DNA of 64,000 nucleotides, taken from positions 10,417 to 74,416 of the forward strand of contig JBEKXJ010000024.1 in assembly GCA_049512215.1 (NCBI GenBank). The letters run 5' to 3'. The notes under the pieces were generated by a model. It saw only the letters and a list, made by a program, of their open reading frames with translations. It did no database searches and had not been told where the DNA came from. This document shows, piece after piece, positions 1 through 6,805 of this stretch; the stretch's first letter is position 1, and each line of letters begins with the position of its first letter. Both the position numbers and the translations under genes were made by a program. The stretch is from Solirubrobacteraceae bacterium (GTDB taxonomy: Bacteria; Actinomycetota; Thermoleophilia; Solirubrobacterales; Solirubrobacteraceae).

Positions 1-107
1 CATCGCGCGCACATTTGACGCCCGGATCGCTCGACGCGAGCGCTCACCCGGTGCAAACGCGCGCGCAGTCTATCGTGCCGGCCAAAATGACGGCGGCTCG
101 GGGGCCC

Positions 108-743
108 TCAGCGGCCGGGCAGCCACAGCCTGCCGCTTGACTCGGCCGGCCCCGGGCCATCCGGCCGCTCCCCGCCGGCGGGCGCATCCCCCGGCTGGGC
201 GCTCGGCTCGCGCGCGGGCGCTCCCGTGGACGAGCCGGCCGGCCGCGCGCCCGTGCCGGCGCCCGCCTCACCCGGCGCCTCGGGGCCCGCCGCCTGCGCC
301 TCGGGGACCGCCGCCTGCGCCTCGGGGCCCGCCGCCTGCGCCTCGCGCGCGTATGCGATCTGCAGCTGGGCAAGCGCATCACGCAGCGGGCGCAGCTCGC
401 CGGGAACCCTCCGCTCGAGGATCCCAAGAAGCGCGCGCACGGCGTCGATCGCGTCGCGGACCTGCTCGAGATCGCGCTCGGACCCCGGCCCGGCACCCCC
501 TGCGCCTGCGCCCGCGGGCTGTGCGCGATCCTTCGCCTCCGCCGTGCTCTCAGCCGGCCCTCCGAGCCGCCGAGCTCCGATGTTGAGCAGCGACACTGCT
601 GCCTGGGCGATCATGTCGGCACTGGTGATACGGCTCAGTTCAGCCTCATAGGCGGCGCGGAGCTCCTCTTCGGTCGGCGCCCCGGCCGCATCGGCCGCGC
701 CCACTCCGGGCGCCGGGGCCCGGCTCTCCTGATCTGCGCTCAT
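108..743 (-). CDS. hypothetical protein, DUF1844-like, with Ala/Pro/Gly-rich repetitive C-terminus
   Basis: Internal ATG (MSADQESR...) of the 108..1193 ORF, in a 4-nt ATGA overlap with the stop of the upstream ligase gene. The longer N-terminal extension is Arg-rich shadow sequence. The centre (ITSADMIAQAAVSLLNIGARRLG ... DLEQVRDAIDAVRALLGILE) resembles DUF1844-type proteins (from memory). PEAQAA(G/V) x3 comes from a 21-bp in-frame repeat near 268-330. Confidence 0.55.
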   Translation of the reverse strand: MSADQESRAPAPGVGAADAAGAPTEEELRAAYEAELSRITSADMIAQAAVSLLNIGARRLGGPAESTAEAKDRAQPAGAGAGGAGPGSERDLEQVRDAIDAVRALLGILERRVPGELRPLRDALAQLQIAYAREAQAAGPEAQAAVPEAQAAGPEAPGEAGAGTGARPAGSSTGAPAREPSAQPGDAPAGGERPDGPGPAESSGRLWLPGR

Positions 744-1888
744 ACAGCCACCTCCTCTGAATAGGTCTGTCGGGTCTCGTTGACCGATGCCGCGAAGATC
801 GCCTCGCGCGTCGCGCCCGCCTCGATCATCCGCCGCTGGCGCTGTGCTCCGTTCAGCTCTGGAAACGCGAGCTCGATGGCGAGCTCCGCGCGGATCGGGG
901 CGGTCCAGGCGGCGAGCCGCTCGCTCGCCTCGCGGGCCGGATACTGCTCGGCTCGCTCGAGATCTATCAGCCGGCCATCGAGCCCGAAGCGGATGGCCCG
1001 CCACGTGTTCTCCTCGATCAGGCGGGGAGGTGGATCCACGAACGGCACGCCCTCGTCCACGTCGCGCGCCGCCTGAGCGATGCACGCGACCATCAGCCCG
1101 GCGAGTGCGTCGGACTCCTGGGCGGTGCTCTGCACGTCGCAGATACGCACCTCGACGGTGCCGAAGCTGAAGTGCGGTCTGACCGACCACCACACCTGGG
1201 TGAACTCGACGATCGAGCCCGTACGCATGAGAAACTCGATGTACTGCCGGTAGGCCGCCCAGCCGCCGAAGGCGTCCGGAACGCCGCAGCGGGGGAAGCT
1301 CTTCGTAAAGCTCTGGCTTCGCGTTGAATGCAGGCCGCTATCGCGGCCGTCGAGGAACGGCGAGTTCGCCGAGATCGCAAGCAGCAAGGGCAGCAGCGGC
1401 CTCAGCCTGTCGCACACACGCACCGCGCGATCGATGTCGCGGATGCCCAGGTGCACGTGGAGGCTGAACGTGTTGTTGCGCCAGGCCACGTATTTCAAGC
1501 CCTCCTCGACGCGCCGGTAATGATCGGTGTCGATGATCGGCTGCTCGCGGTAGTCGGCCCACGGATGCGTTCCCGTGGCACCGAGCGCCGCACCGTGGCC
1601 GTCCGCGAGCGCGAACAGCGCCCGGCGACGCTCGCGCTGGCGTGAGAGAGCGTCTTGCAGATCTGACCCTGTACCGGAGATGATCTCGACCTCCGAGGCG
1701 ATCAGCTCGCCGGCGAGACCATCGCGAAGCACTCGGTCCCCGGCGGCGGCCGCCCGCAGCTCCTCGAAGCGCGGGACAAGATCGAGCGTCTGCGGGTGGA
1801 GGATCGAGAACTCCTCCTCAAGGCCAACCGTGAAGTCGGCCGCCTCCGCGAAAGTCTCGACGGCTCGGTCTAGGTCCAGGCTGTTCAT
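740..1888 (-). CDS. carboxylate-amine ligase, YbdK / glutamate-cysteine ligase family 2
   Basis: Start taken at internal ATG (MNSLDLDRAVETF...). Family-typical motifs TVGLEEEFSIL, FSLHVHLGI, AISANSPFLDG and WWSVRPH are spread over the full length. Confidence 0.85.
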   Translation of the reverse strand: MNSLDLDRAVETFAEAADFTVGLEEEFSILHPQTLDLVPRFEELRAAAAGDRVLRDGLAGELIASEVEIISGTGSDLQDALSRQRERRRALFALADGHGAALGATGTHPWADYREQPIIDTDHYRRVEEGLKYVAWRNNTFSLHVHLGIRDIDRAVRVCDRLRPLLPLLLAISANSPFLDGRDSGLHSTRSQSFTKSFPRCGVPDAFGGWAAYRQYIEFLMRTGSIVEFTQVWWSVRPHFSFGTVEVRICDVQSTAQESDALAGLMVACIAQAARDVDEGVPFVDPPPRLIEENTWRAIRFGLDGRLIDLERAEQYPAREASERLAAWTAPIRAELAIELAFPELNGAQRQRRMIEAGATREAIFAASVNETRQTYSEEVAV

Positions 1889-1962
1889 TGCTTGAGTCTC
1901 TGGTGCGGTTTTGCACGCCAGCGTGCCCGCCGGCCGCGGCGGTGAGAGTGAGTGCATCGCCC

Positions 1963-2640
1963 TTAGGTCAGGTAGAAGTACAGCGCGTAGAGCAAATCCA
2001 CGGCCGGGCTCGAGGTGTGGACGGTCACCTCCGGCGGCACGTCCAGAAGCGATTCCGAGTAATTGAAGATGATCTTCACGCCGGCCTCGACAAGCTCGTC
2101 CGCGAGCCCTTGGGCCGCGGCTGTGGGCACCGCGAGCACCCCCACCACGATGTCCTCGTCCTGCACGACCTGACGCAGCTCGCCGATGTGGCGCACCGCC
2201 TGGTTGCCGACATCAGAGCCCACCTTGGCGTCGTCGACGTCGAAGATGGCGACGACGCGGAAGCCGTGGTCGGCGAAGATATCCGAGGAGGCGATCGCCT
2301 TGCCGAGATGCCCGGCCCCGATCAGGGCGATGTTGTGCTGGCCGGCCGTGCGCAGGATCTTGCGGATCTGGGAAACGAGCGCCTCGACGTTGTAGCCGAC
2401 CCCGCGCTTGCCGAACTTGCCGAAGCCCGACAGATCGCGACGGATCTGGGTCGAGTTCACATGCGTGTAGTCGGAGAGCTCCTGTGAGGAGATCGTCTCC
2501 TTGCCCATCTTCTTGGCCTGCGTCAACACCTGCAGGTAGCGGGACAGCCGCGCCGCGACGCCCAGCGAGAGCCGCTCGCTGGATGAACTCGCACCGTCGC
2601 GCTCCGCCTCCGCCGGGCTCGTCGGTTCTCTGTAACTCAT
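1963..2640 (-). CDS. rex: redox-sensing transcriptional repressor Rex
   Basis: MSYREP... start (ATG, ATGA overlap with the upstream gene). N-terminal winged helix (RLSRYLQVL, ISSQELS, QIRRDLS). Rossmann motif IALIGAGHLGKAI. C-terminal LLYALYFYL swap helix. Confidence 0.9.
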   Translation of the reverse strand: MSYREPTSPAEAERDGASSSSERLSLGVAARLSRYLQVLTQAKKMGKETISSQELSDYTHVNSTQIRRDLSGFGKFGKRGVGYNVEALVSQIRKILRTAGQHNIALIGAGHLGKAIASSDIFADHGFRVVAIFDVDDAKVGSDVGNQAVRHIGELRQVVQDEDIVVGVLAVPTAAAQGLADELVEAGVKIIFNYSESLLDVPPEVTVHTSSPAVDLLYALYFYLT

Positions 2641-2879
2641 CGTCGTGACTCTAGACGCTCGCGCACCGCCGCCACATCGACGAAGTACTCGCACAGCTCC
2701 TCCCCGTCTAGGGCAATGACCGGGATGCGCTCGAAATAGTCGCGGTGGAGAGACTCCTCGGCCGTGATGTCCCGCTCCTGTAGCGCGAATCCCAGCTCAG
2801 CCTGAAGTCCGCGGAGCGTCCTCATCGCCTGCTCGCAGAGGTGACAGTCGGGCTTGGAGTAGACAGTGAGAAGCCTCAC
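2637..2879 (-). CDS. glutaredoxin-like small thioredoxin-fold protein (DUF836 type)
   Basis: 80 aa with a CxxC motif (KPDCHLCEQA) and RIPVIALDGEEL, typical of glutaredoxin-like proteins. GTG start in a GTGA overlap with the tsaD stop. Confidence 0.75.
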   Translation of the reverse strand: MRLLTVYSKPDCHLCEQAMRTLRGLQAELGFALQERDITAEESLHRDYFERIPVIALDGEELCEYFVDVAAVRERLESRR

Positions 2880-3931
2880 CTCAGGCCTTCTCCGGTGGCG
2901 TAGGCGTCGAGCGCGAGATACTCCGGATACGGCAAGTGCCGGGAGAAACGTGCGGCGCTCGCGATCATCGCGGCGTTGTCGGTACAGAGCACCCGCGGGG
3001 GGACATGCAGCGTCACCCCGAGTCCGTTCAGCCGCGTGCGGAGCTCCCCGTTCGCCGCAACGCCCCCGCCGACCGCCAGCCTCCCGATCCCGGTCCGCTC
3101 CAGGGCCCGCTCGACACGCAGCACGAGGCTGTTGACGATCGCGGCCTGGTAGGAGGCGGCGAGATCGGCCGCCCGCGCCCTCGCCTGCCCCTCTCCCAGC
3201 TCACGCAGCCTGTAGAGCAACGCCGTCTTCAGACCCGCGAACGAGAAGTCCAGGCCCTCGGCGAAGGCGGCCCGCCGTCCACCGCGCGGGCGCTCAGCGC
3301 CCGAGCCGGGGAACGCGTAGGCCTCGGGGTCGCCCTCGGCGGCGAGCCGCTCGAGCGCCGCGCCCCCAGGGTAGCCCAGTCCGAGCATCCTCGCCCCCTT
3401 GTCGAACGCCTCGCCCGCGGCGTCGTCCAGCGTGCGACCGATGATCTCAAACCCGTCGCGGGCTCTCACGTGGGCGAGCAGCGTGTGACCCCCGCTCGCG
3501 ATCAGGCAGAGGAAGGGCGGCTCGAACGCACGCTCTCCGATCTCCGATCCTTCGCCGGCGCCCGTGGCGGTGAGGAAGTTCGACGCGACATGCCCCTGCA
3601 GGTGATCGACAGCCGCGAACGGCAACTCGCGCGCGGCGGCCAGGGCCTTCGCCGTGGAGAGGCCGACGAGCAGCGCGCCCACCAGCCCGGGACCCTGGGT
3701 CGCGGCCACGAGCGCGATCTGCCCGAGCGTAACATCCGCTTCCTCGAGCGCCTGAGCGACGACGAGGTTCACGAGCTGCAGGTGCTGGCGTGAGGCGATC
3801 TCAGGGACGACACCCCCGAACCTGTCGTGAACGCCCTGCGAGGAGATCACGTTCGAGTGGGCCCGCCCGGCCTCGTCCACGACCGCAGCGCAGGTGTCGT
3901 CACAGCTCGTCTCGAGCGCGAGGATCCTCAT
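2876..3931 (-). CDS. tsaD: tRNA N6-adenosine threonylcarbamoyltransferase TsaD (Kae1/Gcp)
   Basis: MRILALETSCDDT start, VDHLQGHV metal-binding His pair, AVGGGVAANGELR. ATGA overlap with the rimI stop. The extension to 3991 is rejected. Confidence 0.92.
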   Translation of the reverse strand: MRILALETSCDDTCAAVVDEAGRAHSNVISSQGVHDRFGGVVPEIASRQHLQLVNLVVAQALEEADVTLGQIALVAATQGPGLVGALLVGLSTAKALAAARELPFAAVDHLQGHVASNFLTATGAGEGSEIGERAFEPPFLCLIASGGHTLLAHVRARDGFEIIGRTLDDAAGEAFDKGARMLGLGYPGGAALERLAAEGDPEAYAFPGSGAERPRGGRRAAFAEGLDFSFAGLKTALLYRLRELGEGQARARAADLAASYQAAIVNSLVLRVERALERTGIGRLAVGGGVAANGELRTRLNGLGVTLHVPPRVLCTDNAAMIASAARFSRHLPYPEYLALDAYATGEGLR

Positions 3932-4455
3932 ACCGGGCGCGCGTTGGGGATGTCGCTCAGCGAGCCCTCCAGAGTGGCCGGCGTACGCCACATCACCAGC
4001 GCGTCCTCGCCGTTGTCCTGGTAGTAGCGCCGGCGAGTGCCGGCGGCGCGAAAGCCCTCACGCTCATAGAGGTGGATCGCGACGCTGTTTGAGCGGCGCA
4101 CCTCGAGCGTGAAGCGTGCCTGCTCGTCCTCGACACTCGCATACAGCTCGGCGAGCAGGGCCGAGGCCAGGCCCAGGCGCTGACGATCGACATCCACCGC
4201 CACGTTCATCACGTGCCAGACGGTGTCGTAGCGCGAGCAGATCAGATAGCCGACGAGCCGCCGCTCGCACAGCGCGGCCAGGCAGACCCCCGACTGCTTG
4301 GAGAGCTCGAGCACGAACATCGCCAGCGACCAGGGGGTCGGGAAGACGCGGCGCTCGATCGCCATCACCTGCGGAAGATCGGTATAGACGAGCCTGCGGA
4401 TTTCGACGAGCGGCGAGTTCTCTGCTCGGGGCTCCACGGCAGACGATCGTGTCAC
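3928..4455 (-). CDS. rimI: ribosomal-protein-alanine N-acetyltransferase (GNAT)
   Basis: GNAT fold with acetyl-CoA motif VMNVAVDVDRQRLGLASALL. Conserved position between tsaB and tsaD. GTG start overlapping the tsaB stop. Confidence 0.85.
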   Translation of the reverse strand: MTRSSAVEPRAENSPLVEIRRLVYTDLPQVMAIERRVFPTPWSLAMFVLELSKQSGVCLAALCERRLVGYLICSRYDTVWHVMNVAVDVDRQRLGLASALLAELYASVEDEQARFTLEVRRSNSVAIHLYEREGFRAAGTRRRYYQDNGEDALVMWRTPATLEGSLSDIPNARPV

Positions 4456-5231
4456 GGCTGTAGGCCCTTCCCGGCCGCGGCCCCCTCGAGCGCGATCTCG
4501 GCGTCTGGACGGCGACCGTAATCCGGGACGAGCTCCTCGCAGCAGGACAGCGCCGCTGCGCGCGCCCCCAGCTCGCAGATCGCCTCGCCGCTCACGATGT
4601 GCTGAGGCGAGGAGTCAGGCGGCACGCGCAGCCTCGGGATCTGAAGATACTCGCGAAAGCGCGTCGCTCCGTCACCGAGCGCAAGCCAACGCTGCCCCCC
4701 GCAGGCCAGATGCTCCTCGGCGAGGGCCACGAAGCTGCTGAGATCCTGCGGCGCGAGCGCCCGCGGCGAAAGCAGCTCGCTCGCGAGCTCGTTCGCCGCA
4801 GTCCCCTCACCCGGAGCGTAAGCCGCGGCGAAGACCTCCCCACGGCGAGCATCGATCACGGCGATCACCGCCTCCACCTCACCATCATCCTCGCGGGTGC
4901 GCGCATCGAAAGCCGCTGCCGCGAGGGCCCGCAGACTCGACACCCCGGCCAGCTCCGCCGAGAGCGACTGTGCAAGGCCGCGCGCCGTGGAGACCCCGAC
5001 GCGCAGGCCGGTGAAGGTACCCGGTCCGACTCCCGCCGCGATCCGCTCGAGCTCGCCCCAGCGCAGGCCGGCCTCCTCCAGCAGCTCGCCCGCCATCGCC
5101 AGTAGCCGCGTGGCGTGACCGGGGTGCTCACCGGGCTGGGGATCGTCGCGCGCCGCCAACACGCTCCCATCGGCGAGCAGCAGCCCGACGGCCGTTGAGG
5201 GCGTGGCGGTGTCGAAGCCGAGCAGGATCAC
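4452..5231 (-). CDS. tsaB: tRNA threonylcarbamoyladenosine biosynthesis protein TsaB (YeaZ)
   Basis: GTG start (V)ILLGFDTATPSTAVGLL in a GTGA overlap with the tsaE stop. GPGTFTGLRVGVSTARGLA motif. The long Arg-rich N-terminal extension of the 351-aa ORF is rejected because it would overlap tsaE. Confidence 0.85.
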   Translation of the reverse strand: MILLGFDTATPSTAVGLLLADGSVLAARDDPQPGEHPGHATRLLAMAGELLEEAGLRWGELERIAAGVGPGTFTGLRVGVSTARGLAQSLSAELAGVSSLRALAAAAFDARTREDDGEVEAVIAVIDARRGEVFAAAYAPGEGTAANELASELLSPRALAPQDLSSFVALAEEHLACGGQRWLALGDGATRFREYLQIPRLRVPPDSSPQHIVSGEAICELGARAAALSCCEELVPDYGRRPDAEIALEGAAAGKGLQP

Positions 5232-5653
5232 CCCTCGACCACCTCGATCAGCCGCCTGTCGGCCCCGCGGTGGATCAGCCTGACCCGCAGGCGTGCGCCC
5301 GAGAGCTCTGCTTGCGGCTCTCCCGGCCACTCGACGAAGGCGATCCGACCCGGGCCGAGATAGTCCGCGAGCAGCGCCGGATCCTCCTGCGCGAGAGGAC
5401 CGAGCCGGTAGAGATCCAGGTGGGAGACCGTGATGTCGGCGGCCTTGTAGCGATGACCGATGCTGAAGGTCGGGCTCGTCACGGGATCGGTGACCCCGAG
5501 CGCGCACGCGGCACCGCGCACGAGCGTGGTCTTTCCCGAGCCGAGCTCTCCCTGCACGAGGACGACCTCGCCATCGCTTAGTCCGGCTGCGAGCTCAGCG
5601 CCCAGGGATTCTGTCTCTGAAGGATCTGCGGTTTCGACGCTGCGCAGGGCCAC
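5228..5653 (-). CDS. tsaE: tRNA t6A biosynthesis ATPase TsaE (YjeE)
   Basis: P-loop GELGSGKTTLVRG, SPTFSI motif and HLDLYRL. 141 aa, typical size. Confidence 0.9.
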   Translation of the reverse strand: MALRSVETADPSETESLGAELAAGLSDGEVVLVQGELGSGKTTLVRGAACALGVTDPVTSPTFSIGHRYKAADITVSHLDLYRLGPLAQEDPALLADYLGPGRIAFVEWPGEPQAELSGARLRVRLIHRGADRRLIEVVEG

Positions 5654-5693
5654 GACGAGACTCTAGAGCGAACTGGGCCGATCCCCGTAGGTG

Positions 5694-5737
5694 ATTAAAA
5701 AGACCGACCCGCGGGAGAATGGAAACGCGGGCCGGTC
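5694..5737 (-). terminator. rho-independent terminator / attenuator hairpin upstream of tsaE
   Basis: On the minus strand, GACCGGCCCGCG-(12-nt loop)-CGCGGGUCGGUC forms a 12-bp stem with one mismatch. It is followed directly by UUUUUAAUC. It lies 41 nt upstream of the tsaE start codon and about 185 nt downstream of the UDG stop. Confidence 0.6.
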
Positions 5738-5920
5738 GTTACTCCTGGAGGGATGGAGACAATCTCTACATCGGCAACCGTGTGAGGTTGCTTTAGCGCT
5801 TCGCCAAAGAAATTCGACGTTTCTCCCCGAATCCCTCTTTTGCAGGGAAAAGGCTTCGGATCGCGTCCAGATCGCGTCCAGATCGCGTCCAGAAGCCGGC
5901 CTCGAGCCTGTCCACTTCCT
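5738..5920 (-). ncRNA. candidate structured RNA: either a 5' leader of the tsaE operon or an sRNA/long 3' UTR after the UDG gene. Class unknown.
   Basis: Conspicuously AT-richer than its surroundings and with no credible ORF. Several helices are visible:
- GGCUUC/GAAGCC closes a 3x11-nt repeat.
- A CCCU-GCAAAAG-AGGG hairpin competes with a long-range helix GAGGGAU..GGAGA (5822-5837) / UCUCC.AUCCCUC (5748-5759).
- A CAACC-UCACAC-GGUUG hairpin.

The region ends in the terminator at 5694-5737. I could not match it to a known riboswitch core. Confidence 0.3.
5859..5891. repeat. perfect 3 x 11-bp tandem repeat (GATCGCGTCCA)
   Basis: Read directly from the sequence. Flanked by the inverted 6-mers GGCTTC (5852-5857) and GAAGCC (5892-5897). 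Confidence 0.9.
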
Positions 5921-6667
5921 CTAGAACAAGCCGAGCTGGTCGGCCTCGAGGGGCTGCCCCCCGGGGCTCGTGGAGCTCGCTTCGGCGGGCGGCTGCGCCG
6001 CCCGCCCCGGCTCGTTCGGCTCCCCGAGCTCGGCCGGCGGCGGGAGCGAGGGCTGCGCGGGTTCACCGAGCGCGATCAGCTCGGGCAGCCGCGCGAAGTC
6101 CTCCCGCAACGTCTCGAGCATGCGTGGTGTATAGAGGGCCGCCGCCGGATGGTAGATCGGATAGAGCCGCACCACGCGCCTGCCGAGCGTGAGCAGCTCC
6201 GCCTGTCCGTGCACGCGCGTGATACCGGCCGGATCGCCGCGGAGCAGCTTCGTCGAGAAGTTGCCGAGCGTGCATATCACCGACGGCTGGATCAGCTCGA
6301 CCTGGCGCAGCAGGTAGTCGTGGCAGTTCTCGATCTCGATCGGCAGCGGATCGCGGTTGCCAGGTGGGCGGCACTTCAGGACATTTGCGATGAACACGCC
6401 CGAGCGCGCGATCCCGATCTCGCCCAGGAGCTGCTCGAGCAGCTTGCCCGCGCGCCCCACGAACGGCACGCCCTGCTCGTCCTCGCTGGCCCCGGGCGCC
6501 TCCCCGACGAACATCAGCTCTGCGTCCGCGTTCCCCGCCCCGAAGACGACCGTCCTGCGCGTGGCGGCGAGCTCGGGGCAGCGAAGGCAGCCGCGCGCCT
6601 GCACGAACAGCTCCTTCAGGGCCTCGCGCCGCTCGGAGGCCGTCGGCTCGCTCTCCCCGTGGGACAC
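5921..6667 (-). CDS. uracil-DNA glycosylase, family 4
   Basis: Family-4 motifs GEAPGASEDEQGVPFVGRAG and HPAAALY, Fe-S Cys residues (CLRCPEL ... KCRPP ... C). Pro/Ala-rich C-terminal tail. The start is uncertain; I chose GTG at 6667 (VSHGESEP...). Confidence 0.8.
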   Translation of the reverse strand: MSHGESEPTASERREALKELFVQARGCLRCPELAATRRTVVFGAGNADAELMFVGEAPGASEDEQGVPFVGRAGKLLEQLLGEIGIARSGVFIANVLKCRPPGNRDPLPIEIENCHDYLLRQVELIQPSVICTLGNFSTKLLRGDPAGITRVHGQAELLTLGRRVVRLYPIYHPAAALYTPRMLETLREDFARLPELIALGEPAQPSLPPPAELGEPNEPGRAAQPPAEASSTSPGGQPLEADQLGLF

Positions 6668-6805
6668 GATCGGATGGTAGTTATTCCCCGGCCGAGCGCG
6701 CGAGATGCGAAAAGCGCGCCTCGGCGCAGGTCCCGTCCCCGGCGACCGGCAGGGGCGCGGCGCCGGGTCCAGCCACCGGCGCTGCGCTTGAGCGATGATC
6801 TCGTG

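Noticed and set aside
5738-5920. Assignment of the tsaE-upstream structured region to a known riboswitch class (c-di-AMP/ydaO, TPP, ZTP, T-box) or to 6S, SRP, RNase P or tmRNA
   Set aside because: I could not find the invariant cores (for example CUGAGA/ACCUGAUCUGGAUAAUGCCAGCG for TPP, the T-box sequence, the SRP GGAAGCAGCC, or the RNase P GAGGAAAGUCC). Partial resemblances such as GCUAA..ACCUC are too weak. It is kept only as an unclassified candidate.
5840-6805. N-terminal 322 codons of the 936-aa plus-strand ORF (5840..8650)
   Set aside because: This part is antisense to the well-supported family-4 UDG gene and is Arg/Leu/Pro-rich with no recognisable domain. The recognisable protein (biotinyl domain) begins at the ATG at 6806.
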